Source: Chloroflexota bacterium
GTDB lineage: Bacteria; Chloroflexota; Anaerolineae; DTLA01
DNA length: 64,000 bases
NCBI GenBank assembly: GCA_014874485.1
Contig: JADBJK010000015.1
Coordinates: 55,955-119,954 of the forward strand
Reading direction: 5' to 3'
A model generated the notes under the pieces. It was not told the DNA's origin and did not search any database. It worked only from the letters and a program-made list of their open reading frames with translations. The stretch's first letter is position 1. Each line of letters begins with the position of its first letter. Shown piece after piece: positions 46,467 to 55,679 of the stretch. A program made the translations under genes and the position numbers.

Positions 46467-49250
46467 ATGGCAGACAAGTACATACCGCAAGAGATTGAGC
46501 CAAAATGGCAGGCGCGATGGGAAAAGGACCAACTGTATCGGTCCAGGATTGACCCCACGCGCCCCAAACACTACGCCCTGACGATGCTCCCCTACCCGTC
46601 GGGCGACCTCCACATCGGCCACTGGTACGCCATGGCGCCGTCGGATGCCCATGCGCGCTACATGCGCATGCGTGGGTACAACGTGCTGTTCCCCATGGGG
46701 TTTGACGCCTTCGGCCTGCCCGCCGAGAACGCCGCCATCAAGCACGGCATCCACCCGTTCAAGTGGACCATGGCGAACATTGAGAAGATGCGCCGTCAAC
46801 TCAAGAGCATGGGCGCCATGTTTGACTGGGAGCGCGAGGCCATCTCGTGCCTGCCTGGATACTACAAGTGGACCCAGTGGTTTTTCCTGAAGTTCTACGA
46901 GATGGGGATGGCCTACCGCGCCTTCGCGCCAGTGGATTTCTGCCCCACGTGCAACACCACGCTGGCCCGCGAACAGGTGTGGGGCGAAGACCGCCACTGC
47001 GAACGGTGCGGGACGCCCGTCATCCGCAAGGAACTGAACCAGTGGTTTTTCCGCACGACCGCCTACGCCGACGAACTGCTGGACTTCTCCAAGATTGACT
47101 GGCCTGAACGGGTGCGCACCATGCAGACCAACTGGATTGGCCGCAGCGAGGGGGCCGACGTAACCTTCCGCAGCGAGGAGGGCGACCCGATTGTGGTGTT
47201 CACGACGCGGCCCGACACGCTGTGGGGCGCTACGTTCATGGTGCTGGCCCCCGAGCACCCGCTGGTGGACAAGTTGACGTCGCCCGAATGCCGCCCCGCC
47301 GTGGAGGCGTATGTGGCCGAGGCGAGCCGCCAGACCGAGGTGGTGCGCCTGGCCGCCGACAAGGAGAAGACCGGCGTGTTCATTGGGGCCTACGCCGTCA
47401 ACCCCGTCAACGGCGCGCGCATCCCCATCTGGATCGCCGACTACGTGATGATGACCTACGGCACGGGGGCTATCATGGGCGTGCCTTCCCACGACGAGCG
47501 CGACTTCCAGTTCGCGCTGAAGTTCGGCCTGCCCATCATCCCGGTCATTGACCGCACCGACGGCAAGGCGAAATCCCGCGTCCCACGTGGGGCCGTGCGC
47601 GACGGGTTCGCCGAGGCGCTGGCAGCCGCGGGCATCCCGTGCGAGGGCGACGCCGACGCGTGGCGCGTGTCCCTGCAGGGCGCGGCACAGATAGAGGCGT
47701 ACATCGCCCTGGCGCAGAAGTACGTCCGCCCCGATGCGTGGGTGGAGGTGGTCGGCGCGCGATGGACCTTTGTCTTCGCCGACGGCGCGCGCGAGTTTGA
47801 CTCGGTGGAGGCCGACCGCGAGATTCTGGCCCGCTGCCAGGCGCTGGCCCCCGAAACCACGGCGGCGCGCACCGTCATGGAGATGCTGTGGCAGCGCGAG
47901 TGGTACCGCGACATCCTGTTCCACGCCGAGTATGGCACGATGATCAACTCCGGCCCGTTCACCGGCACGCCCGGCAGCGAGGCGATCAAGAAGGTTACGG
48001 CCTGGCTGGAGGAGAAGGGCGTCGGCAAGTACGCCGTCAACTACCGCCTGCGCGACTGGCTCATCAGCCGCCAGCGGTACTGGGGCGCGCCCATCCCCAT
48101 CATCTATTGCCCGAAGTGCGGGACCGTCCCCGTGCCCTACGAGGACCTGCCTGTGCTCCTGCCGGAGGATGCGGAGTTCCTGCCCACCGGCGAGAGTCCG
48201 CTGAAGTACCACGCGGGCTTCCGCTACACGACGTGCCCCAAGTGCGGCGGCCCCGCCGAGCGGGAGACCGACACCATGGATACGTTCCTGTGCTCGTCGT
48301 GGTACCAGTACGCCTATCTCAGCCCGTACTACGAGGGCGACCAGCCCTTTGACCCGGAAGAGGGCAAGTACTGGCTGCCCGTGGACCTGTACACCGGCGG
48401 GATTGAGCACGCGACGATGCACCTCATCTACACCCGCTTCTTCACCAAGGTCATGCGGGACATGGGCCTGGTGGACTTTGACGAGCCGATGCTGCGGCTG
48501 CGCAACCAGGGGATGATCCTGGGCGAGGACCGCGAGAAGATGTCCAAGAGCCGCGGCAACGTCGTGTCGCCCGACGAGCAGGTGGCGAAGTACGGCGCGG
48601 ACACGGTGCGCGCGTACCTGATGTTCGGCTACCGCTGGGAGCAGGGCGGGCCGTGGGACAGCCAGGGGATTGAGGGCGTGTCGCGCTTCCTGTACCGCGT
48701 CTGGGACTGCGTGCTGACGCCGCCCGCCCGCGCCGCCCAGGGCCAGCCCGCCGAAGCCGACATCCGCGCGCTGCGCCGCAAGACGCACCAGACCATCCGC
48801 CGCGCCACCGAGGACATGGAGGCCCTGGCCTTCAACACCTACATCGCGAACCTGATGGAGTTCCTGAACGCGCTGGTCAAGGCGAAGGAGACGCCGTTGT
48901 ACCGCTCCGAGGCGTGGGACGAGGCGATCCGCACCCTGGTGCTGCTGCTGGCCCCGGCGTGCCCGCACATCGCCGAGGAACTCTGGGAGCGCATCGGTCA
49001 GCCCTACAGCGTGCACGTGCAGCCCTGGCCGCAGTGGGATGAGGAGATCGCCCGCGAGGAGATGATCACGCTGCCCGTGCAGGTCAACGGCAAGGTGCGC
49101 GACCGCATCACCGTGCCGGTGGACGCGACAGAGGACGCCGTCCGCGAGGCCGCCCTCGCCGCCGAAGGTGTGCGCCGCCACGTGGAGGGCAAGCAGGTCG
49201 CCAAGGTCATCTACGCGCCTGGGCGGCTGGTGAGCATCGTGGTGAAATAG
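46467..49250 (+). CDS. leuS: Leucyl-tRNA synthetase
   Basis: It has the HIGH motif (DLHIGHWY) and KMSKS, and is 927 aa long. Confidence 0.95.
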   Translation: MADKYIPQEIEPKWQARWEKDQLYRSRIDPTRPKHYALTMLPYPSGDLHIGHWYAMAPSDAHARYMRMRGYNVLFPMGFDAFGLPAENAAIKHGIHPFKWTMANIEKMRRQLKSMGAMFDWEREAISCLPGYYKWTQWFFLKFYEMGMAYRAFAPVDFCPTCNTTLAREQVWGEDRHCERCGTPVIRKELNQWFFRTTAYADELLDFSKIDWPERVRTMQTNWIGRSEGADVTFRSEEGDPIVVFTTRPDTLWGATFMVLAPEHPLVDKLTSPECRPAVEAYVAEASRQTEVVRLAADKEKTGVFIGAYAVNPVNGARIPIWIADYVMMTYGTGAIMGVPSHDERDFQFALKFGLPIIPVIDRTDGKAKSRVPRGAVRDGFAEALAAAGIPCEGDADAWRVSLQGAAQIEAYIALAQKYVRPDAWVEVVGARWTFVFADGAREFDSVEADREILARCQALAPETTAARTVMEMLWQREWYRDILFHAEYGTMINSGPFTGTPGSEAIKKVTAWLEEKGVGKYAVNYRLRDWLISRQRYWGAPIPIIYCPKCGTVPVPYEDLPVLLPEDAEFLPTGESPLKYHAGFRYTTCPKCGGPAERETDTMDTFLCSSWYQYAYLSPYYEGDQPFDPEEGKYWLPVDLYTGGIEHATMHLIYTRFFTKVMRDMGLVDFDEPMLRLRNQGMILGEDREKMSKSRGNVVSPDEQVAKYGADTVRAYLMFGYRWEQGGPWDSQGIEGVSRFLYRVWDCVLTPPARAAQGQPAEADIRALRRKTHQTIRRATEDMEALAFNTYIANLMEFLNALVKAKETPLYRSEAWDEAIRTLVLLLAPACPHIAEELWERIGQPYSVHVQPWPQWDEEIAREEMITLPVQVNGKVRDRITVPVDATEDAVREAALAAEGVRRHVEGKQVAKVIYAPGRLVSIVVK

Positions 49251-49393
49251 GGCGCGAGCACCTGCGGCGCACGCCAACGAGTGCGTCGCAGGGTTGTTCC
49301 CACCCCGATCCCTCTCGCCCCGCAGGCGAATTGACGTTCGCCCGTCGGGTCAGTAGAATGGAGGCACTCAACACGGTGAGGGGTGAATGTCCC

Positions 49394-49765
49394 ATGTGGA
49401 AATCGCTCGCGCTGATTTTCGTTTCGGTGCTGATCGGCGTGTTCGGTCAGTTGAGCCTGAAGACCGGAATGACCCAGGTGGGCCGCATTGACGCGCAGGC
49501 CCTATCGCAGCCGGTGCAATTGCTCCTGCGCATCTTCACCACGCCCATCATCCTGGCCGGCATCGCGCTGTACATCGTCGGCACGCTCATCTGGCTCGTG
49601 GTGCTGTCGCGCCTGGACTTGAGTTTCGCCTATCCGCTGGTGGCGACGACCTACGTGTTCACGCCGCTCCTGGCCCATCTCCTGCTCAAGGAGCCGATTC
49701 CCGCCATGCGGTGGGTGGGGATTGCCCTCATCCTCGTCGGCGTGTACATCGTCGCCAGAGCCTGA
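49394..49765 (+). CDS. Small EamA/SMR-like four-helix membrane transporter (ArnE/ArnF-like)
   Basis: It is about 123 aa with four TM helices. The start was chosen at an internal ATG. Confidence 0.5.
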   Translation: MWKSLALIFVSVLIGVFGQLSLKTGMTQVGRIDAQALSQPVQLLLRIFTTPIILAGIALYIVGTLIWLVVLSRLDLSFAYPLVATTYVFTPLLAHLLLKEPIPAMRWVGIALILVGVYIVARA

Positions 49766-49794
49766 GCCGCAACGGTGCAGCCGCGGAGGCGCGC

Positions 49795-52335
49795 ATGATT
49801 CAACTGGACGACCTGCTCCAGGCTACAGGCGGGCGGGTTCACGGCCCGGTGTTCGCGCGCGAGTTCGCCGACTTCTGCTACGACTCCCGCCTGCTCCATC
49901 CGGGCGAACTGTTCCTCGCCGTCAAGACCGAGACGGGCGACGGGCACGACTACGTGCTGGATGCCTGCCGTAAGGGGGCCGCGGGCGTCGTAGCCGAGCG
50001 CGAGTTTGACCTTGCCCCGTTCGGCGCGACCCTGGTCGTCGTGGAGAATACGCAGCAGGCGCTGACCGACTGGGCGCGGTACATCCTGCGCAAGTTCGGC
50101 ACCGAGGTCGTCGGCATCACCGGCAGTTCGGGCAAGACGACGACAAAGGAGGCCATCGCCCACATCCTCGGCGCGCGGTTCCGCGTCTTCCGCAACTACG
50201 CCAACTACAACGGGCGCTACGGCCTGCCCATCGCGCTGGGCCGCCTGGAACCGGCCCACGAGGTGGCCGTGCTGGAGATGGCTTGCGACGGGTTTGACGA
50301 AATCCGCCTGCTGGCCGACCTCACGCGGCCTCGCGTCGGCGTCGTTACCACGGTCAACCCGACCCACATTGAGTACCTCGGCTCGCTGGAGCAGATCGCG
50401 ATTGAGAAGGGCCGCCTGGTAGAGGCGCTGCCCGCCGATGGCTACGCCGTGCTCAACTGGGACGACGAGCGGGTGCGCGCCATGGCCCGGCGTACGCAGG
50501 CGCGCGTGCTGTTCTACGGCCTCGGCGCGGATGCCGACGTGCGGGCCGAGGACGTCGCCTCGTCGCCGGAGGGCATCGCCTTCACGCTGGTGGCCCAGGG
50601 GCAGCGCGTGGCAGTTCGCTGCCCGCTGCTGGGCAGGCACCACGTGTACACGGCCCTGGCCGCCGCGTCGGTGGGGCTTGTGTACGGCATCGGCCTGGGG
50701 GAAATCGCCGAGCGCCTGGCCGAGTTCCGCCCCCAGCCCGGCCGCCTCAACCCGCTGCCGGGCAAGGGCGGCGCGCTCATCCTGGACGACACGTACAACT
50801 CCAGCCCCGCCGCGGTGATGGCCGCCCTGGACACCCTGGCGGACTTCCCGCGGGGCGGGCGCATCGCCGTCCTGGGCGACATGCTCCAACTGGGCGACTA
50901 CGCCGAAGAGTATCACCGCGAGGTCGGGCGCAAGGCGGCGAGCGTCGTGGATTTTCTCATCACGCAGGGCGAGTGGGCGCGGCTCATCGCGATGGAAGCC
51001 GAGGCGTCGGGGCTGGCGGCAGACGCGGTCGCGGTAACGTACACGGCGGGCGATGCGATTGCGGCGGCGGAGAAGGCCCTGCGCCCCGGCAGCGTCCTCC
51101 TGGTGAAGGGGGCGCAGGAACTCCGCATGGAGCAGGTGGTGGCGGCGCTGCTGGCCCAGCCCGAGACGGCGAGCCGCGTCCTGGTGCGCCAGAACTCGGC
51201 GTGGCAGCGCGTGCGGCTGGTGAGGCCGGGCCGCCCCACGTGGGTGGAGATTGACCTGGACGCCATCGCCTACAACGTCCGCCGCCTGGTGGAAATCGCC
51301 GGGCCGGGCGTGGACGTGATGGCGGTGCTGAAGGCCGACGCCTACGGCCACGGCGCGGTGAAGGTGGCCCGCACGGCGCTCAACAACGGCGCGGCGTGCA
51401 TCGGCGTCGCGTGCCTGGGCGAGGCGGTGGAGTTGCGGCGGGCGGGCATCACGGCCCCCATCCTCATCCTGGGGTTCACCCCGCCCTGGCAGGCGCGCGA
51501 GGCCGTGCTCCACGACGTGCGCGTAACCGTCTTCTCCTGGGATGTGGCCCAGGCGCTCAACCGCGCCGCCGCAGATTTGCGAGACCGCGCCCGCGTGCAC
51601 GTGAAGGTGGACACGGGCATGGGCCGCCTGGGCCTGATGCCCGACGAGGTGGTGCCGTTCGTGCGCGCGCTGCACGATTTGGCCAACGTGGAGGTGGAGG
51701 GCATCTTCACCCACTTCGCCACCGCCGACTCTGCCGACAAGTCCCACGCGCGGGCGCAACTGGCCACATTCCAGGCCGTGCTGGACGACCTGCGCGCGGC
51801 CGGGTTCTCGTTCCGCTACGTCCACGCGGCCAACAGCGCCGCCATGCTCAGCCTGCCCGAGTCGCGGTTCAACCTGGTGCGTCCGGGCATCGCGCTGTAT
51901 GGGCTGAATCCGTCGGCGGAGGTGCCGTGCCCGCCCGACTTTCGCCGCGCCCTGTCGTTCAAGTGCCAGGTGGCCCAGGTGAAGACCCTGCCGCCTGGCT
52001 CCTGCGTGAGTTACGGCTGCACGTACCGCACGCCCGACTGGCGGAAGATCGCGGTGATTCCGGTGGGGTACGCCGACGGGTTCCGCCGCGCGCCCGCGCA
52101 CTGGGGTGAGGTGCTGGTCAAGGGGCAGCGAGCGCCCATCGTGGGCCGCGTGTGCATGGACCAGACGATGATAGACGTTACGGACATCCCCGGCGTGCGA
52201 CAGGGCGACGAAGTGGTGCTCATCGGGCGGCAGGGGCAGGAGGAAATCACCGCCGACGAGGTGGCCGCGCGCCTGGGGACCATCAACTACGAGGTGGTGT
52301 CCGAAATCCTGGCGCGCGTGCCCCGCGTGAGTTGA
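49795..52335 (+). CDS. murF: Bifunctional UDP-MurNAc-tripeptide:D-Ala-D-Ala ligase (MurF) / alanine racemase (Alr) fusion
   Basis: The N-terminal ~450 aa are MurF (GITGSSGKTTTKE). The C-terminal ~380 aa are Alr (AVLKADAYGHGA PLP-lysine motif, ...VCMDQ...). Confidence 0.85.
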   Translation: MIQLDDLLQATGGRVHGPVFAREFADFCYDSRLLHPGELFLAVKTETGDGHDYVLDACRKGAAGVVAEREFDLAPFGATLVVVENTQQALTDWARYILRKFGTEVVGITGSSGKTTTKEAIAHILGARFRVFRNYANYNGRYGLPIALGRLEPAHEVAVLEMACDGFDEIRLLADLTRPRVGVVTTVNPTHIEYLGSLEQIAIEKGRLVEALPADGYAVLNWDDERVRAMARRTQARVLFYGLGADADVRAEDVASSPEGIAFTLVAQGQRVAVRCPLLGRHHVYTALAAASVGLVYGIGLGEIAERLAEFRPQPGRLNPLPGKGGALILDDTYNSSPAAVMAALDTLADFPRGGRIAVLGDMLQLGDYAEEYHREVGRKAASVVDFLITQGEWARLIAMEAEASGLAADAVAVTYTAGDAIAAAEKALRPGSVLLVKGAQELRMEQVVAALLAQPETASRVLVRQNSAWQRVRLVRPGRPTWVEIDLDAIAYNVRRLVEIAGPGVDVMAVLKADAYGHGAVKVARTALNNGAACIGVACLGEAVELRRAGITAPILILGFTPPWQAREAVLHDVRVTVFSWDVAQALNRAAADLRDRARVHVKVDTGMGRLGLMPDEVVPFVRALHDLANVEVEGIFTHFATADSADKSHARAQLATFQAVLDDLRAAGFSFRYVHAANSAAMLSLPESRFNLVRPGIALYGLNPSAEVPCPPDFRRALSFKCQVAQVKTLPPGSCVSYGCTYRTPDWRKIAVIPVGYADGFRRAPAHWGEVLVKGQRAPIVGRVCMDQTMIDVTDIPGVRQGDEVVLIGRQGQEEITADEVAARLGTINYEVVSEILARVPRVS

Positions 52336-52346
52336 GGCAGGTCGCC

Positions 52347-53477
52347 ATGCGCGTGCTGATGATCTCCAAGGCGTGCCTGGTGGGCATCTACCAGCGGAAG
52401 TTGGAGGAACTGGCCCGCCTGCCCGACGTAACGCTGAAGGTGCTGGTACCGCCGTCGTGGAACGACCGGGGCGGGCGCGTGCCGCTGGAGCGCGTGCACA
52501 CCGAGGGGTACGACCTGGAGGCCATCCCCATCGCCTTCAACGGGAACTACCACCTGCATTTCTACCCCGACCTGGGCCGCTACGTGCGCGCCTTCCGCCC
52601 GGACATCGTGCACATAGACGAGGAGCCGTACAACCTGGCCACGTGGCAGGCGATGCGACTGGCGCGGGCGGTCGGCGCGAAGGCGCTGTTCTTCACGTGG
52701 CAGAATCTCCTGCGGGGGTATCCGCCCCCGTTTCGGTGGATGGAGACGTACAATTACCGCCATGCCGCCTATGCCATTGCGGGGAATCGGGAAGCGGTGG
52801 CCGTCCTGCGCGCCAAGGGGTTCGCGGGGCCGGTGGCCGTCATCCCGCAGTTCGGCGTGGACACCGACCGCTTCGCGCCCGCCGACGGCATGCCCGACCC
52901 CGCCGCGCCGTTCACCGTGGGGTTCATCGGGCGGATGGTGCCGGAGAAGGGCGTGGGCCTGCTGCTGGACGCGATGGCCGGTCTGGACGGGGACTGGCGG
53001 CTGATGTACCTGGGCGACGGCCCGGCCCGCGCCGAGTTGGAGGCCCGCGTCCGGGCGATGGGGCTGGCCTCGCGGGTGGCCTTCCGGTCGCGCGTCCCCT
53101 CGGTGGAGATGCCCGCCTACCTGCGGCGGCTGCATGTGCTGGCGCTTCCCTCGCTCACGCGGCCCAACTGGAAGGAGCAGTTCGGGCGTGTGCTCATTGA
53201 GGCGATGGCGTGCGGCGTGCCCGTCGTCGGCTCCAGCAGCGGCGAGATTCCCAACGTCATCGGGGACGCGGGGCTGGTGTTCCCGGAGGGGGACGCGGAG
53301 GCGCTGCGGGCGGCGCTGGCGCGGCTGCGCGATGACCGCGCCCTGTGGCAGCGCCTGGCGGCGGCGGGGCGGGCGCGCGTCCTGGCCGAGTTCACCCACG
53401 CGCAGGTGGCGCAGAAGACGTACCGCGTGTATCAGTCTGTAGGGGCGATTCATGAATCGCCCCTACTGGCAAGGTGA
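52347..53477 (+). CDS. GT4-family glycosyltransferase
   Basis: It has a GT-B fold with the EX7E region (EQFGRVLIEAMACGVPVV). Confidence 0.75.
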   Translation: MRVLMISKACLVGIYQRKLEELARLPDVTLKVLVPPSWNDRGGRVPLERVHTEGYDLEAIPIAFNGNYHLHFYPDLGRYVRAFRPDIVHIDEEPYNLATWQAMRLARAVGAKALFFTWQNLLRGYPPPFRWMETYNYRHAAYAIAGNREAVAVLRAKGFAGPVAVIPQFGVDTDRFAPADGMPDPAAPFTVGFIGRMVPEKGVGLLLDAMAGLDGDWRLMYLGDGPARAELEARVRAMGLASRVAFRSRVPSVEMPAYLRRLHVLALPSLTRPNWKEQFGRVLIEAMACGVPVVGSSSGEIPNVIGDAGLVFPEGDAEALRAALARLRDDRALWQRLAAAGRARVLAEFTHAQVAQKTYRVYQSVGAIHESPLLAR

Positions 53478-54475
53478 TAGTCCTCGCCCCGCGCGACCCC
53501 CGGCCCCCGCCCGCGGCTGAAGCCGTCGGGCTGAAAGGGCCAAGCCCTGCGGGCTATCCCAGCCCCACCGGGGCTTCGCCCGTTCAGCGCGGGGGTTTAG
53601 CCCCGCGCGGGCATGCGCCCCTGCCCTCGCCCGCGGCTGAAGCCGTCGGGCTGAAAGGGCCAAGCCCTGCGGGCTATCCCAGCCCCACCGGGGCTTTGCC
53701 CATTCAGCGCGGGGGTTTAGCCCCGCGCGGTCCTGCCCCGCCCTCTCCCGCGCGCCCCTGCGCCCGCCCGCGGCTGAAGCCGTCGGGCTGAAAGGGCCAA
53801 GCCCTGCGGGCTATCCCAGCCCCACCGGGGCTTCGCCCGTTCAGCGCGGGGGTTTAGCCCCGCGCGGGCATGCGCCCCTGCCCTCGCCCGCGGCTGAAGC
53901 CGTCGGGCTGAAAGGGCCAAGCCCTGCGGGCTGCCCGTAGGGCCCAGCACGCTGCGCCCAGCCCGAACGGGGTTTTGCCCATTCAGCGCGGGGGTTTAGC
54001 CCCGCGCGGCCGTGCGCCCCTGCCCTCGCCCGCGGCTGAAGCCGTCGGGCTGAAAGGGCCAAGCCCTGCGGGCTATCCCAGCCCCACCGGGGCTTTGCCC
54101 ATTCAGCGCGGGGGTTTAGCCCCGCGCGGTCCTGCCCCGCCCTCTCCCGCGCGCCCCTGCCCGCGGCTGAAGCCGTCGGGCTGAAAGGGCCAAGCCCTGC
54201 GGGCTGCCCGTAGGGCCCAGCACGCTGCGCCCAGCCCGAACGGGGTTTTGCCCATTCAGCGCGGGGGTTTAGCCCCGCGCGGCCGTGCGCCCCTGCCCTC
54301 GCCCGCGGCTGAAGCCGTCGGGCTGAAAGGGCCAAGCCCTGCGGGCTATCCCAGCCCCACCGGGGCTTTGCCCGTTCAGCGCGGGGGTTCAGCCCCGCGC
54401 GGCCCTGCCCCTTTCGCGCCTTTCGTGCCCTTTCGCGCATTTCGCGATCCAAACGCCCTGCCCGCGCGTTTGTAC
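53478..54475. repeat. About 1 kb of GC-rich tandem palindromic repeats (third family; ~7 units of 120-145 bp sharing the core GGCTGAAGCCGTCGGGCTGAAAGGGCCAAGCCCTGCGGGCT and the hairpin GCGCGGGGGTTTAGCCCCGCGC)
   Basis: Cores recur at about 53516, 53637, 53772, 53890, 54031, 54166 and 54307, with two alternating variant sub-modules between them. Confidence 0.75.
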
Positions 54476-54498
54476 TCCAGGCGCGGGGCGGCTATAAT
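54469..54498 (+). promoter_or_regulatory. Promoter TTGTAC-N18-TATAAT upstream of the second GT4 gene
   Basis: A perfect -10 lies immediately after the repeat array. Confidence 0.35.
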
Positions 54499-54548
54499 GC
54501 GGGCATGCATCACATCCCAAGCGGGCATCCGGAGGTGGGGCAGCGCCT

Positions 54549-55679
54549 GTGCGAATCGGCCTGAACGCTCAACTCTTGTCCCTGTCCGACAGTTACCGCG
54601 GGGCAGGCATCGCGCACTACATCCACCAAACGCTCATGCACCTGCCGCGTGCGGGTGCGCACACGTACATCGCATTCGTGGCAGACAAGGCATTCCGTGC
54701 GGACGGCATGGAGGTCGTCCCTTCGCGCCTGCCCACATCCCGCCCGCCCGTGCGCATCCTCTGGGAGCAGACCTTCCTGCCGGTGGAACTGGCCCGCCGC
54801 GGCATAGACTTGCTCCACGCCATGGCGTTCGTTATGCCGGTGTTCTCCGCGGTGCCCTCGGTGGTTACCGTGTACGACGTGTCGTTCGCCCTGTTCCCGG
54901 AGAGTTTCCGCCCGTTCAACCGCTGGTACCTGGCCACCATGACGCGGCGCTCGGTGCGCAAGGCCCGCGCCGTGCTCGCCATCTCCCAGAACACGGCCAA
55001 CGACCTGTGCCGCCTGTGGGGCATCCCGCGCGACAAGATTCACCTGGCGTACTGCGGCGTGGACGACATCTTCCGTCCCGTGCCAGGGGGCGAGGTGCAG
55101 GCGTTCCGCGAGGCCAGGGGGCTGCCCGCGCAGTACATCCTGTTCGTGGGGACGCTGGAGCCGCGCAAGAACGTGGTGCGCCTTGTGGAGGCGTTCGCAC
55201 TCCTGAAGAAGCAGGGCCTGCCGCACAAGCTCGTCCTGGCGGGCGGCAGGGGCTGGATGTACGAACCCATCTTCGCGGCGGTGGAGCGGCTGGGGCTGGA
55301 GTCCGAGGTCCTCTTCCCCGGGTTCGTGCCGCGGCAGGAACTGCCTTTGTGGTATAATGGGGCGGCGGTCTTCGTGTATCCGTCGCTGTACGAGGGGTTT
55401 GGCCTGGGGCCGCTGGAGGCGATGGCATGCGGGACGCCCGTCGTGGTGTCGGACCGCGCCTCGCTGCCCGAAGTGGTGGGAGACGCGGGGCTGACCGTGC
55501 CGCCAGACGACGTATCGGCCCTCGCCGAGGCGATGGCGGCCATCCTGCGCGAGCCGATGCAGGCAGCCCGACTGCGCGAACGGGGCCTTCGCCGCGCCCG
55601 CGAGTTCACATGGGAGCGCACGGCCCAGGCCACCGTGCAGGCATACGAAAGCGTCCTGTCGGAGAGACGGCATGTCTAA
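54549..55679 (+). CDS. GT4-family glycosyltransferase
   Basis: It has a GTG start and the motif EGFGLGPLEAMACGTPVV. Confidence 0.75.
   Translation: MRIGLNAQLLSLSDSYRGAGIAHYIHQTLMHLPRAGAHTYIAFVADKAFRADGMEVVPSRLPTSRPPVRILWEQTFLPVELARRGIDLLHAMAFVMPVFSAVPSVVTVYDVSFALFPESFRPFNRWYLATMTRRSVRKARAVLAISQNTANDLCRLWGIPRDKIHLAYCGVDDIFRPVPGGEVQAFREARGLPAQYILFVGTLEPRKNVVRLVEAFALLKKQGLPHKLVLAGGRGWMYEPIFAAVERLGLESEVLFPGFVPRQELPLWYNGAAVFVYPSLYEGFGLGPLEAMACGTPVVVSDRASLPEVVGDAGLTVPPDDVSALAEAMAAILREPMQAARLRERGLRRAREFTWERTAQATVQAYESVLSERRHV

Noticed and set aside
54248-55357. 369-aa ORF spanning the third-family repeat array into the GT4 gene
   Set aside because: The N-terminus is a repeat translation (PIQRGGLAPRG…, also seen in ORFs 53474..53791 and 53975..54184). 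The remainder is out of frame with the real GT4 gene, 54549..55679.
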